Part shown: piece after piece, positions 19,220 to 30,217 of the stretch
Numbering within the stretch: the stretch's first letter is position 1
How the letters are laid out: every line of letters begins with the position of its first letter
Assembly (NCBI GenBank): GCA_032654565.1
Contig: JAULAX010000017.1
Coordinates: 1 to 64,000 of the forward strand
Direction of reading: 5' to 3'
Length of the DNA: 64,000 nucleotides
From: Anaeromyxobacteraceae bacterium
Lineage (GTDB): Bacteria > Myxococcota > Myxococcia > Myxococcales > Anaeromyxobacteraceae
Translations under genes and position numbers: made by a program
Notes under the pieces: generated by a model
Database searches by the model: none
What the model was told of the DNA's origin: nothing
The model's input: the letters and a program-made list of their open reading frames with translations, nothing else

Positions 19220-20913
19220 TTCCTCGAAGGCAGCGCAAAGGTCCACACCGAGCCGCCGGCAGGCACGTTGGCCAGATCGGGGTCGCCGGCCAGGGCGCCG
19301 TACACATGCGCCGAGCCGCTGAGCACGGTGATGTATTCGCGCCCGTCCTTCTGCCAGGCGATCGGCAGGCCGGAGATGCCCGAGCCGGTCTGGAACGCCC
19401 ACAGCTTCTTGCCCGTCTTCGCGTCGAAGGCGAGGAACTGGCCGTTCTGCGAACCGGTGAAAACCACGCCCGAGGCAGTGGACAGCACGCCTGCCCAGAA
19501 CGGCGACTTGTTGCGCACCGTCCACACCGGCTTGGCGGCCACCGGGTCCCAGGCGACCAGCGCGCCGCGGTTGCCGTCGGACGGATCGACGAAGCCGCCG
19601 AGCTCGAGGCCGAGATACCAGTTGGGCCCGCCCGGGCGCTCCTGCTTGACGTACTTGACCTTCATGCCGAGGTCGATGGAGTTCAGGAACACCAGCTTGC
19701 GGCCCGGGTCGTAGCTCATCGGCATCCAGTTCTTGCCGCCGAAGGCGCTCGGCCAGACCTCGATGAAGTCCTTCATCTCCTCGGTCTTGCGCACCATCGC
19801 CGTCATCGGCGTGTCGATCGGCCGTCCCGTGGCCTTGTCGATGCCGCTGGCCCAGTTGACCTTGCGCGCGAACTGCGTGCCCGAGATCAGCTTGCCGCTG
19901 GTGCGGTCGATCACGTAGAAGAAGCCGTTCCGATTGGCCTGCATCAGCACCTTGGTGGTCTTTCCTCCAATCGGCAGGTCGGCCAGCACCAGCTCGTTGA
20001 CGCCGTCGTAGTCGTACGGGTCGCCGGGCGAGAACTGGTAGTGCCAGACGATCTCGCCGGTGGACGGCTTGAGCGCGAGCACCGAGCCGATGTAGAGCGA
20101 GTCGCCGCCGCGCGTGGCCGCATTCCACGGGCCGCCGTTGCCCACGCCCCAGTAGACGAGATTGAGCTCGGGGTCGTAGCTGCCGGTCAGCCAGGTCGGT
20201 GCGCCGCCGGTCTTGTGGGCGTCGCCCTTCCAGGTGTCGCCACCGGGTTCGCCGGGCGCGGCCGTCGTCCAGCGGTGCCACTTCTTCTCGCCGGTCTTCA
20301 GGTCCCAGCCGTCGAGGAAACCGCGCGAACCGTACTCGCCGCCGGAGATGCCGGTGATCAGCACGCCGTCGGCGATCAGCGGCGCGTGCGTCATCGAGTA
20401 GCCGTCCTTGTACTCGGCGGCCTTCTGCTTCCACAACAGCTTGCCGTCGGCCATCGACAGGGCCAGCACGTGAGCATCGATGGTGGTGCGGTAGAGCACA
20501 CCGCCCAGCGCCGCCATGCCGCGCGTGTGGATGCCGCAGCACAGGTAGCCGGCGATGTCGTTGGGCAGCTCGATCGCCACCTTCCACTTCTGGCGGCCCG
20601 TCACCGCGTCGATCGCGATGGTGTGCGTGTGCGAGGCGACGTACATGACGCCGTCGATCACCAGCGGCTGGTTCGACGCGTTGGTCGAGTTGTCCAGGCT
20701 GAGGTTCCACACCGGTGCCAGCTGCTTCGCGTTGGCGGGCGTGATCTGCTTGAGCGGCGTGTGCCGCTGCAGCGACCAGCCCATGCCGTAGGTGGTGACG
20801 TCGCCCGGCGTGGCGGCGTCGTTGCGCAGGTCGGCGGTGCTCTGCGCCGACGCGGCCGCGGCCGCCAACGACAGCGCCATCGCGGCCAGGCCGCGTGCGA
20901 ACTTCATGTCCAT
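19216..20913 (-). CDS. PQQ-dependent methanol/ethanol-family dehydrogenase, lanthanide-type motif
   Basis: Signal peptide; vicinal CC; GISGGEYG; W.TGSYDPEL..VYWGVGN..PWN; YDYDGVNE; ANRNGFFYVIDR; GGKNW; LWAFQTGSG. RBS GAGGAG. Confidence 0.93.
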   Translation of the reverse strand: MDMKFARGLAAMALSLAAAAASAQSTADLRNDAATPGDVTTYGMGWSLQRHTPLKQITPANAKQLAPVWNLSLDNSTNASNQPLVIDGVMYVASHTHTIAIDAVTGRQKWKVAIELPNDIAGYLCCGIHTRGMAALGGVLYRTTIDAHVLALSMADGKLLWKQKAAEYKDGYSMTHAPLIADGVLITGISGGEYGSRGFLDGWDLKTGEKKWHRWTTAAPGEPGGDTWKGDAHKTGGAPTWLTGSYDPELNLVYWGVGNGGPWNAATRGGDSLYIGSVLALKPSTGEIVWHYQFSPGDPYDYDGVNELVLADLPIGGKTTKVLMQANRNGFFYVIDRTSGKLISGTQFARKVNWASGIDKATGRPIDTPMTAMVRKTEEMKDFIEVWPSAFGGKNWMPMSYDPGRKLVFLNSIDLGMKVKYVKQERPGGPNWYLGLELGGFVDPSDGNRGALVAWDPVAAKPVWTVRNKSPFWAGVLSTASGVVFTGSQNGQFLAFDAKTGKKLWAFQTGSGISGLPIAWQKDGREYITVLSGSAHVYGALAGDPDLANVPAGGSVWTFALPSRK

Positions 20914-21006
20914 CGTGTCTCCTCGTAGGTCCTTGTGTCAGGACGATGCAGACGATAGGGCGATGTCAAGACGCCGGCCACTTCGGGACTAACCCTAGGC
21001 CCGCCC

Positions 21007-21023
21007 TGTTCCGTTGCGAGACA
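21007..21023. promoter_or_regulatory. Putative Fis-HTH regulator binding site TGT-N11-ACA
   Basis: CTGTTCCGTTGCGAGACAG between the divergent dehydrogenase and regulator genes. Confidence 0.35.
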
Positions 21024-21074
21024 GCTTGCCGCGCGGGCCCGGCGCACCGCACACTCGCCGCCCGGAGACACCCG

Positions 21075-22238
21075 ATGAGCACCGGCCCCGCCCTGCCTGC
21101 CAACCCCTTCTACGCCTCGCCCGAGCAGCGGGTCGCGCTGGCGCGGCAGCGTTTCTTCGAGGACGGCGTGCGGCCCTCGGGCATGATCAGCGAGGCGGTG
21201 ATCCAGTCCTGGTCGCGCTGTCTGCGCGCGCACCCCGACCCGGCGCGGCCGGCGGTGTTCGAGCCGGTCACGGCCAGCCGCGTGCACGGCGCGCTGCGCA
21301 GCAACCGCCAGTTGCTGGAGGCGGCGACCGACGAGATGGAACGGCTGCGCGTGACGCTGGCCGGCACCAGCGGCACGGCCATGCTCACCGATGCGCAGGG
21401 CGTGATCATCGGCAGCACCTTCACGCGCCCGCGCAGCCACGAGCGACTGATGCCCATCACCACGCGCATCGGCGTGAACCTGGCCGAAGAGGTGGTCGGC
21501 ACCAATGCCCCGGGCCTCACCGCGCGCAGCGGCCAGCCCAGCGTGGTGCTGGGCAGCGAACACTTCTTCGGCAACGTGAACATGATGTACTGCGCCGCCG
21601 CGCCGATCCGCGACGTGCGCGGCCAGCTGGCTGGCGTGCTGGACCTGTCCAGCGAAGGCATCCCGTTCGGCTTCGACGCCGCCTCGGTGGTGGCGCACTA
21701 TGCCGCCGAGATCGAGAACCGGCTGCTGTGCGCGCAGTCCACCGAGCACCTGGTGGTGCGCATGCAGATCGTGCCGACGCTGCTGGACACGCCGCTGGCC
21801 GCGCTGGTGGGCATCACCGGCGATGGCCGCATCGACTGGCTCAACGGCGCCGCCGCGCGCCTGCTCGGCCTCACGGCGCCGCTCGGCCAGCACGGCGGCG
21901 CCTGGGTCGAGGACAGCCTCGGCGTGCCGCTGGAGACGCTCGCCGCGATCTCCACGCGCGGCCAGGCGCACACCTTGCACCTGCCCAACGGCCTGACGCT
22001 GTGGGTGCGTTGCGAGTGGCACTCGCGTGATGGCCACCGCGAGCTGCACGCGGCCGGCCCGGCCCCTGCTGTGCAGCCGCCGGCGCCCGCGCCGCAGCCG
22101 GCCACGCTGCGCGAAACGGAGCGCCAGACCGTCGTGCGCGTGCTGGCCGAATGCGGCGGCAACGTGTCGAAGGCAGCGCGAGCGCTGGGCGTGTCGCGCG
22201 GCCTGATCTACCGGAACCTGCGCGACACCGAAGCCTGA
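21075..22238 (+). CDS. GAF(-PAS)-Fis HTH transcriptional regulator, AcoR-like but lacking the AAA+ domain
   Basis: I.QSWSRC, AEEVVGTNAPG, GSEHF, CAAAPIRD..G..AGVLDLS (AcoR-type GAF); C-terminal CGGNVSKAARALGVSRGLIYR. No Walker A or GAFTGA. Confidence 0.85.
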   Translation: MSTGPALPANPFYASPEQRVALARQRFFEDGVRPSGMISEAVIQSWSRCLRAHPDPARPAVFEPVTASRVHGALRSNRQLLEAATDEMERLRVTLAGTSGTAMLTDAQGVIIGSTFTRPRSHERLMPITTRIGVNLAEEVVGTNAPGLTARSGQPSVVLGSEHFFGNVNMMYCAAAPIRDVRGQLAGVLDLSSEGIPFGFDAASVVAHYAAEIENRLLCAQSTEHLVVRMQIVPTLLDTPLAALVGITGDGRIDWLNGAAARLLGLTAPLGQHGGAWVEDSLGVPLETLAAISTRGQAHTLHLPNGLTLWVRCEWHSRDGHRELHAAGPAPAVQPPAPAPQPATLRETERQTVVRVLAECGGNVSKAARALGVSRGLIYRNLRDTEA

Positions 22239-22279
22239 GGCCGCGGCGCCGGTGCAGCCCTGCACGGGATAATGCCGCG

Positions 22280-23314
22280 ATGCGAGTCTTCCGCGGCTTC
22301 CACCATCCCGGCATCGCGCCTGCCTGTGCGCTGACGATCGGCAACTTCGACGGCGTGCACCGCGGCCACCAGGCGATGCTGGCGCTGCTGCGCTCCGAGG
22401 CCCAGCACCGCGGCCTGCCGTCCTGCGTGATGACCTTCGAGCCGCACCCGCGCGACTACTTCGCCGCCGTCACCGGCAAGCCCGAGCTGGCGCCCTCGCG
22501 CATCGCCACGCTGCGCGACAAGCTCGGCGAGCTCGAGCGCTGCGGCATCGACCAGACCGTGGTGCTGCGCTTCGACCAGCGCTTCGCCGCGCAGTCGCCG
22601 CAGGCCTTCATCGACGACGTGCTGGTGGGCGGGCTGGGCGCGAAGGTCGTGCTGGTCGGCGACGACTTCCGCTTCGGCGCCAGGCGCGCCGGCGACTACG
22701 CCATGCTCGACGCCGCCGGGCAGGCCGCCGGCTTCGACGTCGCGCGCATGAACAGCTACGAGGTGCACGGCCTGCGCGTGTCCAGCTCGGCGGTGCGCGA
22801 GGCGCTGGCCGCCGGCGACATGGCGCGCGTGGCCACGCTGCTGGGCCGACCCTACAGCCTGAGCGGCCACGTCGTGCACGGCAAGAAGCTCGGCCGCAGC
22901 CTGGGCCGGAGCGCACCCGGGCGCGACGACGGTTTCCGCACGCTGAACCTGCGCTTCTCGCACCCCCGGCCGGCGGCGCTGGGCATCTTCGCGGTGCGCA
23001 CCCACGGCCTCACCGACGAGCCGCTGGACGGCGTGGCCAGCCTGGGCAAGCGCCCCACGGTGGACGACAGCGGGCGCGTGCTGCTGGAGGTCTATTGCCT
23101 GGACTGGCCGGCCGAGCTGGGCAGCGAGGGGGGCTACGGTAAAATCGTCCGCGTGGAACTGCTGCACAAACTGCGCGACGAAGCCCGCTACGACGGGCTG
23201 GAAGCGTTGACGGCCGCGATCCGCAAGGACGTGGACGATGCGCGTGCCTTTCTGGCGGCGCATGCCGCCACCTACGTGAAGACCGGCCGGCAGACGACGC
23301 GCGACCGAATTTAG
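22280..23314 (+). CDS. ribF: Bifunctional riboflavin kinase/FAD synthetase
   Basis: [34 protein letters not shown]; upstream of ileS-lspA. Confidence 0.95.
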   Translation: MRVFRGFHHPGIAPACALTIGNFDGVHRGHQAMLALLRSEAQHRGLPSCVMTFEPHPRDYFAAVTGKPELAPSRIATLRDKLGELERCGIDQTVVLRFDQRFAAQSPQAFIDDVLVGGLGAKVVLVGDDFRFGARRAGDYAMLDAAGQAAGFDVARMNSYEVHGLRVSSSAVREALAAGDMARVATLLGRPYSLSGHVVHGKKLGRSLGRSAPGRDDGFRTLNLRFSHPRPAALGIFAVRTHGLTDEPLDGVASLGKRPTVDDSGRVLLEVYCLDWPAELGSEGGYGKIVRVELLHKLRDEARYDGLEALTAAIRKDVDDARAFLAAHAATYVKTGRQTTRDRI

Positions 23315-23398
23315 CGCGGCCGCCGCCTGCTGCCCCCGGCGCGGACTCCGCTGCCGCCTCCCCTCTTCCGGCGCGCCACCCCTGGCGCGCGAGCTGCC

Positions 23399-26254
23399 AT
23401 GACCGACACCGCTGCCGACAAAGTCGACTACCGCGCGACGCTGAACCTGCCCGACACGCCCTTCCCGATGCGCGGCGACCTGCCCAAGCGCGAGCCGGGC
23501 TGGGTGAAGGCGTGGGACGAACAGGGCATCTACAAGCAGCTGCGCGACGCGCGCCACGGCGCGCCGCTGTTCGTGCTGCACGACGGCCCGCCGTATGCCA
23601 ACGGCGCCATCCACATGGGCCACGCCGTCAACAAGGTGCTCAAGGACATGATCGTCAAGGCGCGCCAGCTCAAGGGCTTCGACGCGCAGTACGTGCCGGG
23701 CTGGGACTGCCACGGCCTGCCGATCGAGAACGCGATCGAGAAGAAGCACGGCCGCAACCTCGGCCGCGACGACATGCAGGCCAGGAGTCGCGCCTACGCG
23801 ACCGAGCAGATCGCGCTGCAGATGGCCGACTTCAAACGCCTGGGCATCCTGGGCGACTGGGCCGACCGCTACGCGACGATGGACCCGGCCAACGAGGCCG
23901 GCGAGATCCGCGCCTTCAAGCGCGTGGTCGAGCGCGGCTTCGTCTACCGCGGCCTGAAGCCCGTCTACTGGTGCTTCGACTGCGGCAGTTCGCTGGCCGA
24001 GTTCGAGATCGAGTACGCCGACAAGAAGAGCCAGACGCTGGACGTCGGCTTCCTGTGCGCCGAGCCGGACCGGCTGGCCAGCGCCTTCGGCCTGACGAAG
24101 CTGGCGAAGGACGCCTTCGCGGTGATCTGGACCACCACCGCCTGGACCATCCCCGCCAACCAGGCGCTGAACCTGAACCCGACGCTGGAGTACTCGCTGG
24201 TCGACACCGAGCGCGGCCTGCTGGTGCTGGCGGCCTCGCTGGTCGAGAAGTGCATGGTGCGCTACGGCCTCGCCGGCACGGTGGTGGCCACGGTGCTGGG
24301 CGAGAAGCTCGGCGGCATCCACTTCCGCCACCCGCTCAGCGCTGTGGACCCCGGCTACGACCGCCTCAGCCCGGTCTACCTGGCCGACTACGCCACCGCC
24401 GACGACGGCACCGGCCTCGTGCACTCCTCGCCGGCCTATGGCCTGGACGACTTCAACTCCTGCGTCACGCACGGGATGACCTACGACGACATCCTCAACC
24501 CGGTGCAGGGCAACGGTTCCTACGCGGCCGACTTCCCGCTGTTCGGCGGCCAGAACATCTGGAAGGCCGTGCCGGTGATCATCGACACGCTGAAGAGCGC
24601 CGGGCGGCTGTTCGCCACCGAGACCATCACGCACAGCTACCCGCACTGCTGGCGCCACAAGAGCCCGGTGATCTACCGCGCCGCGGCGCAGTGGTTCATC
24701 CGCATGGACGCGGGCGAAGGTGTGTTCACGAAAGACAAGGCGCCTCGCACGCTGCGCCAGCTGGCGCTGGACGCGATCGACCAGACCGGCTTCTACCCGG
24801 AGAACGGCCGCGCCCGCCTGCGCGACATGATCGCCAACCGGCCCGACTGGTGCATCAGCCGCCAGCGCAGCTGGGGCGTGCCGCTGCCCTTCTTCCTGCA
24901 CAAGGACACCGGCGAGCTGCACCCGCGCACGATGGAGATCCTCGACCAGGCCGCCGACATCGTCGAGAAGGGCGGCATCGAGGCCTGGAGCCGCGCCACC
25001 ACCGAGCAGATTCTCGGCGCCGATGGCCCGGATGGTGCGCCGCACTACACCAAGAGCAGCGACATCCTCGAGGTGTGGTTCGACTCCGGCTCGACCTTCG
25101 AGCACGTGCTGCGCAAGCAGCACCCCGCGGGTCATCACCACCAAGGCCCGGAGGCCGACCTGTACCTCGAAGGCCACGACCAGCACCGCGGCTGGTTCCA
25201 CAGCTCGCTGCTGCTCGCCTGCGCGCTGTACGACCGCGCGCCCTACCGCGGCCTGCTCACGCACGGCTTCACGGTCGACAGCCAGGGCCGCAAGATGAGC
25301 AAGAGCCTGGGCAACGGCATCGAGCCGCAGGCGGTGAGCCAGAAGCTGGGCGCCGAGATCATCCGCCTGTGGGTGGCGGCGAGCGACTACTCGGGCGACA
25401 TCGCCGGCGACGACAAGATCCTCGCCCGCGTGGTCGACGCCTACCGGCGCATCCGCAACACGCTGCGCTTCCTGCTCGCCAACACCAGCGACTTCGATGC
25501 GGCGAAAGATGCCGTGCCGCAGGCCGAGATGCTGGAGATCGACCGCTGGGCGCTGTCGCGCGCATCGCAGTTCCAGGCCGAGGTGCTGGCGCACTACGAG
25601 GTCTACGAGTTCCACCCGGTGGTGGCCAAGCTGCAGGTGTTCTGCAGCGAGGACCTGGGCGCCTTCTACCTCGACGTGCTGAAGGATCGCCTCTACACCA
25701 CCGCGCCGAAGTCGCTGGCACGCCGCTCGGCACAGACGGCCTTGTGGCAGATCACGCAGGCCATGCTGCGCTGGATGGCGCCGTTCCTGAGCTTCACCGC
25801 GGAAGAGGCCTGGAAGGTGTTCGCGCCGGACAAGACCTCGTCGATCTTCGCCGAGACCTACTGGACCTTCGCAGCGCCGAACGAGGCGCTGCTCGCGAAG
25901 TGGACGCGCATCCGCGAGATCCGCGACCTGGCGAACAAGGAGATCGAGGCGGTGCGCACCGAAGGCAAGGTCGGCTCGTCGCTGCAGGCCAACCTGCGCA
26001 TCACCGCCGGCGCCGCCGACCATGCGCTGCTCGCCGCGCTGGGCGACGACCTGCGCTTCGTCACCATCACCTCGGCGGCCACGCTGGCCGAGGGCACGGA
26101 GCTGGCCGTGGCGGTGACGCCGTCGGCCGCGACCAAGTGCGATCGCTGCTGGCACTGGCGCGACGACGTCGGCCACGACCCGGCGCACCCGGCGATCTGC
26201 GGCCGCTGCACGAGCAACCTCTACGGCAGCGGCGAAGCCCGCAAGGTGGCCTGA
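23399..26254 (+). CDS. ileS: Isoleucine--tRNA ligase
   Basis: [48 protein letters not shown]-terminal CDRC...CGRC. Confidence 0.98.
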   Translation: MTDTAADKVDYRATLNLPDTPFPMRGDLPKREPGWVKAWDEQGIYKQLRDARHGAPLFVLHDGPPYANGAIHMGHAVNKVLKDMIVKARQLKGFDAQYVPGWDCHGLPIENAIEKKHGRNLGRDDMQARSRAYATEQIALQMADFKRLGILGDWADRYATMDPANEAGEIRAFKRVVERGFVYRGLKPVYWCFDCGSSLAEFEIEYADKKSQTLDVGFLCAEPDRLASAFGLTKLAKDAFAVIWTTTAWTIPANQALNLNPTLEYSLVDTERGLLVLAASLVEKCMVRYGLAGTVVATVLGEKLGGIHFRHPLSAVDPGYDRLSPVYLADYATADDGTGLVHSSPAYGLDDFNSCVTHGMTYDDILNPVQGNGSYAADFPLFGGQNIWKAVPVIIDTLKSAGRLFATETITHSYPHCWRHKSPVIYRAAAQWFIRMDAGEGVFTKDKAPRTLRQLALDAIDQTGFYPENGRARLRDMIANRPDWCISRQRSWGVPLPFFLHKDTGELHPRTMEILDQAADIVEKGGIEAWSRATTEQILGADGPDGAPHYTKSSDILEVWFDSGSTFEHVLRKQHPAGHHHQGPEADLYLEGHDQHRGWFHSSLLLACALYDRAPYRGLLTHGFTVDSQGRKMSKSLGNGIEPQAVSQKLGAEIIRLWVAASDYSGDIAGDDKILARVVDAYRRIRNTLRFLLANTSDFDAAKDAVPQAEMLEIDRWALSRASQFQAEVLAHYEVYEFHPVVAKLQVFCSEDLGAFYLDVLKDRLYTTAPKSLARRSAQTALWQITQAMLRWMAPFLSFTAEEAWKVFAPDKTSSIFAETYWTFAAPNEALLAKWTRIREIRDLANKEIEAVRTEGKVGSSLQANLRITAGAADHALLAALGDDLRFVTITSAATLAEGTELAVAVTPSAATKCDRCWHWRDDVGHDPAHPAICGRCTSNLYGSGEARKVA

Positions 26255-26256
26255 GC

Positions 26257-26745
26257 ATGGCGTTCAAGAACTCCGGCAGTGCGCTGCTGCCGTGGCTGGG
26301 CATCGCGCTGGCCGTCATCCTGCTCGACCAGTTCAGCAAGACGCTGATCCTGGGTTACTTCCAGCTCGGCGACAGCCGCACCGTCACCTCGTTCTTCAAC
26401 GTCGTGCGCGTGCACAACACCGGCGCGGCGTTCTCCTTCCTGGCCGGTGCCTCGGGCTGGCAGCGCTGGTTCTTCGTCGGCCTGGGCGTGGCGGCGGCGG
26501 GCTTCATCGTCTGGATGCTGCGCGGCCATGGCGGCCAGCGCCTGTTCTCGTGGGCGCTGGCGCTGATCCTCGGCGGCGCGCTGGGCAACGTGATCGACCG
26601 GCTGCTGCACGGCTACGTGGTCGACTTCATCCAGGTACACCACAGCGGCTGGTACTTCCCGTCGTTCAACGTCGCCGACAGCGCCATCACCGTCGGCGCG
26701 GCGCTGCTCATCCTGGACGAGCTGCTGCGCGTGCGGCGCAGCTGA
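26257..26745 (+). CDS. lspA: Lipoprotein signal peptidase II
   Basis: [34 protein letters not shown]. Confidence 0.96.
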   Translation: MAFKNSGSALLPWLGIALAVILLDQFSKTLILGYFQLGDSRTVTSFFNVVRVHNTGAAFSFLAGASGWQRWFFVGLGVAAAGFIVWMLRGHGGQRLFSWALALILGGALGNVIDRLLHGYVVDFIQVHHSGWYFPSFNVADSAITVGAALLILDELLRVRRS

Positions 26746-26790
26746 TCCAGCCCATGCCTGCGCCGCGGCGCGCAGGCGATACTTGCCGCC

Positions 26791-28488
26791 ATGCTGATCG
26801 AGACCCTCGGCGCCGCGCGTGACCTGGGCCGGCTCAACGAGATCGCCGGCGTGCTGGTCCGCCATGGCTTCGGCGACACCGTGCGCCGCCTCGGCCTGGC
26901 CGATGCGCTGGAGCGCGCCGGCCACGCGCTGCACCGCGACCATGCCGCCGACCTGGCGCGGCTCGAGCCGCCCGTGCAGACGCGCCTGGCCATCGAGGAG
27001 CTCGGCCCCACCTTCGTGAAGCTCGGGCAGATCCTCGCCGGCCGCGCCGACCTGTTCGGCCCCGACTGGATCGCCGAGTTCGCGCGCCTGCACAGCCACG
27101 TGCCGGCGGTGCCGCTGGACGAGCTGCGTGCCCAGCTGCGCGAGGACCTGGGCGCCGAGCCCGAGGCGGTGTTCGAGCGATTCGACCTCGAGCCGCTGGC
27201 CGCCGCCTCCATCGCGCAGGTCCACCGTGCCCGCACGAAGGACGGCCACGAGGTGATCGTGAAGATCCGCCGCCCCGGCATCCGCGAGGTCATCGAGGCC
27301 GACCTGCGCCTGCTCGACCGGCTGGCCGCGGTGGCCGAGACCGAGATGCCGGCGCTGCAGCCCTACCGGCCGCGCCAGTTGGTGCGCGAGCTCGCGCGCT
27401 CGCTGCAGCGCGAGCTCGATCTGGCGGCCGAATGCCACAACGCCGAGCGCATCGCCGGCAACATGGCCGTGCTGCCGCACGTGGTGATCCCGAAGGTGCA
27501 CTGGGATCACACGCACGAGCGCATCAACGTGCAGGAGTTCATCGACGGCATCCCGGGCAGCGACCTCGAGCGTGTCTCGGCCGAGGGGCTGGACCGGCTG
27601 CTGCTGGCGCGGCGCGGCGCGCAGGCGGTGCTGAAGATGATCGTCGAGGACGGCTTCTTCCACGCCGACCCGCACCCCGGCAACGTCTTCTACCTCGCCG
27701 GCAACCGGCTCGCCTTCATCGACTTCGGCATGGTGGGGCGGCTGAGCGCGCGGCGCCGCGAGGAGCTGCTGCAACTGCTGCTCGGCCTCGTCGAGCGCGA
27801 GCCGCAGGCGGTGGCCGACGTGCTGCTCGACTGGACGGGCGACGGCCACGGCGCCAACCTCGGCGTGCTCGAAGGCGAGATCGAGGCCTTCGTCGATCAG
27901 TACCACGGCACGCCGCTGGCCGACCTGCACCTGGGCCAGATGCTCGCCGACGTGACGACCATCCTGCGCGAGCACCGCCTCGCCCTGCCCTCCGACCTGG
28001 CGCTGCTCATCAAGGCCTTCATCTCGCTCGAAGGCATGGGCCGCGGCCTGGACCCCGGCTTCCACATGGCCACCGAGGCGCTGCCCATCCTGCGCCAGGT
28101 GGTGCGAGCGCGCTACCAGCCCAAGGCGCTGGGCAAGCGCGCCTGGCAGACGCTGCGCCGCGGCCTCGCGCTGGCCGAGCAGATCCCGCACGACGTGTCG
28201 CGCGCGCTGCGCAACCTGCGCCGCGGGCGCATGCAGCTGCACATCGAACTCGCCCACCTCAAGCGCGTGGGCGACCAGCTCGACCGCGCCGCCAACCGCC
28301 TGTCGCTCGCGCTGGTGATCGCCGCGCTGATCATCGGCTCGTCGATCGTCATGACGGTCAGCGGCGGGCCCACCCTGTTCGGCCTGCCGGCCTTCGGTTT
28401 CCTCGGCTTCTGCGGCGCGGTGCTGGGCGGCGCGTGGCTGGTGCGCTCGATCTGGCGCAGCACGCACCAGCGCGACGGGGAAGATTAG
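26791..28488 (+). CDS. ABC1/UbiB (AarF) family atypical kinase
   Basis: ELGPTFVKLGQ, AAASIAQVHRA, VKIRRPG, FFHADPHPGN, IDFGMVG; two C-terminal TM helices. Confidence 0.9.
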   Translation: MLIETLGAARDLGRLNEIAGVLVRHGFGDTVRRLGLADALERAGHALHRDHAADLARLEPPVQTRLAIEELGPTFVKLGQILAGRADLFGPDWIAEFARLHSHVPAVPLDELRAQLREDLGAEPEAVFERFDLEPLAAASIAQVHRARTKDGHEVIVKIRRPGIREVIEADLRLLDRLAAVAETEMPALQPYRPRQLVRELARSLQRELDLAAECHNAERIAGNMAVLPHVVIPKVHWDHTHERINVQEFIDGIPGSDLERVSAEGLDRLLLARRGAQAVLKMIVEDGFFHADPHPGNVFYLAGNRLAFIDFGMVGRLSARRREELLQLLLGLVEREPQAVADVLLDWTGDGHGANLGVLEGEIEAFVDQYHGTPLADLHLGQMLADVTTILREHRLALPSDLALLIKAFISLEGMGRGLDPGFHMATEALPILRQVVRARYQPKALGKRAWQTLRRGLALAEQIPHDVSRALRNLRRGRMQLHIELAHLKRVGDQLDRAANRLSLALVIAALIIGSSIVMTVSGGPTLFGLPAFGFLGFCGAVLGGAWLVRSIWRSTHQRDGED

Positions 28489-28549
28489 GGCCTTGCCCTA
28501 GGGCGCACCCGCTTGCGCCGCACGGTTGCCGCACGTCAAATGCGCGGCA

Positions 28550-29326
28550 ATGGAAGACACCGCGAAAGAACACGCCCCCTCGGTCCTCGATCTGCCGCTG
28601 CACCCGCTGAGCATGGGCGACCCGCTGCGCTGGCTGGCGCAGGGCTGGCACGATTTCCGGCGTGCGCCGCTGATCGGCGCCTTCTACGGCGCCTGCTTCG
28701 CCGCCATGGGCTGGATGCTGCTCGCCATGTTCCAGCATGCACCGGCGTGGGTGCTGGCGCTGTCGGCCGGCTTCCTGCTGATGGGGCCGTTCATGTGCCT
28801 GGGCCTGTACGACGCCAGCCGCAAGCTCGAAGCGGGAGAGCGGCCGAACCTCGGCGCCTCGCTCACCGCCTGGGACACGCACACCGGCACCATGGCGATC
28901 TTCGGCGGCGTGCTGCTGATCCTCGAGATGCTGTGGGGCCGAGCCTCGCTGATCGTGTTCGCGGTCAGCTTCGACGGCATGCCCGACTTCAAGGGCTCGC
29001 TGCTGGCACTGCTCGACCCCGAGAACATCGCCTTCATCGTCGCCTACCTGGCGGTGGGTGCGGTGTTCGCCGGCCTGATCTTCGCCATCAGCGTGGTGTC
29101 GATTCCGATGATCCTCGACCGGCCGGTGGACGCCGTCAGTGCGGCGCTGACCAGCCTGCGGCTGTGCCTGGCGCAACCGGGTGTGATGCTGCTGTGGGGC
29201 GCGCTGATCACGCTGCTGGTGGTGCTGGCCATGCTGCCGGGCTTCCTCGGCCTGCTGGTGGTCGGGCCGGTGCTCGGACACGCCACCTGGCATGCCTACC
29301 GCAGCGCGGTCGGCCGGCCGGACTGA
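28550..29326 (+). CDS. DUF2189-type integral membrane protein
   Basis: WL..GW.DF, GF.L.GP....GLY..SR, S.PM.LDR, PVLGHATWHAY. Confidence 0.82.
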   Translation: MEDTAKEHAPSVLDLPLHPLSMGDPLRWLAQGWHDFRRAPLIGAFYGACFAAMGWMLLAMFQHAPAWVLALSAGFLLMGPFMCLGLYDASRKLEAGERPNLGASLTAWDTHTGTMAIFGGVLLILEMLWGRASLIVFAVSFDGMPDFKGSLLALLDPENIAFIVAYLAVGAVFAGLIFAISVVSIPMILDRPVDAVSAALTSLRLCLAQPGVMLLWGALITLLVVLAMLPGFLGLLVVGPVLGHATWHAYRSAVGRPD

Positions 29327-29445
29327 CCTTATCCGTCACCCGCCGCGTAACCAATCGCTGCCCGCCAGGCAGGCGTGACTTCCGCACCCCCGGCGCCGCC
29401 GGCCCGCAGGCACAGTGACTCCGTCCTGTACGACGGAGCGCTGCG

Positions 29446-29880
29446 ATGAGATTCCCCCTGGCCACCCTGCTTGCCGCCGGCGCGCTGCTGAGCACCGCAC
29501 TGCCCGCCACGGCCGCCGCACCCGCCGCGACGCCCAAGGTCTCGATGGCCGCGGACGCCAAGTCCTATCGCAAGGACGGTGCACGCCACATCTACGCGGC
29601 CTACAAGGACCAGATCTACAAGGGCAAGCTGCCGCCGCTGATCCACGCCATCGTGGTGGTCGAGGTCGACCTCGATGCCGCCGGCAACGTGCGCGACATC
29701 AACATGATCCGCACGCCCAGCCATGCGCCCGACGTCACCGAGCGCGTGCGCCGGATGCTGCGCAGCGTCTCGCCGCTGCCGGCGCCCAGGCGCATGGGCA
29801 CGACCAAGTACCTCGACATCTGGCTGGTCGACAAGAGCGGCCGCTTCCAGCTCGACACGCTGACCGAAGGCCAGCGCTGA
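29446..29880 (+). CDS. Secreted hypothetical protein, possibly TonB C-terminal-like
   Basis: Signal peptide; VVEVDLDAAGNV..I...R and SPLPAP patterns; typical codon usage. Confidence 0.65.
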   Translation: MRFPLATLLAAGALLSTALPATAAAPAATPKVSMAADAKSYRKDGARHIYAAYKDQIYKGKLPPLIHAIVVVEVDLDAAGNVRDINMIRTPSHAPDVTERVRRMLRSVSPLPAPRRMGTTKYLDIWLVDKSGRFQLDTLTEGQR

Positions 29881-30173
29881 TCCGTTGCCCGCCCTGCGTG
29901 CGCAGGGCATGGTCGCATGGGTGACGGCGGTACCCTGCCGCAACTGCTCGTGGCCGGCCATCATGCGCACCTCGGTGGTTGCCACGCGAGCGTGGGCCGG
30001 AGCACGCATGCCCGGGCCGCCTGCCAGCGCGCCAGACGACGGAAACCGTTCCGACCTTCCCTCGAAGGCCGGGAGCGGATGCTGCGAGCGAGTCCGCCCC
30101 TTGACCTTTGATTGCATCCCGCATGGGCAGGCACACCAATGCCCTCCGGGAAAGCCATGAGAGCGCTTCAGTC

Positions 30174-30197
30174 GAAATGAGTTGCGTACCTCATTTC
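30174..30197. promoter_or_regulatory. LacI-family operator palindrome upstream of the xylose operon
   Basis: GAAATGAG-TTGCGTAC-CTCATTTC: perfect 8-bp arms with central CG, 20 bp before the regulator ATG. Confidence 0.7.
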
Positions 30198-30217
30198 CAC
30201 TCACTAGCATGCGCGGC

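Noticed and set aside
28486..28500. TAGGG-N5-CCCTA dyad (similar half-site at 20985-20997) as a shared regulator site
   Set aside because: It includes the ABC1 stop codon, and two loose instances are not enough to support a motif.
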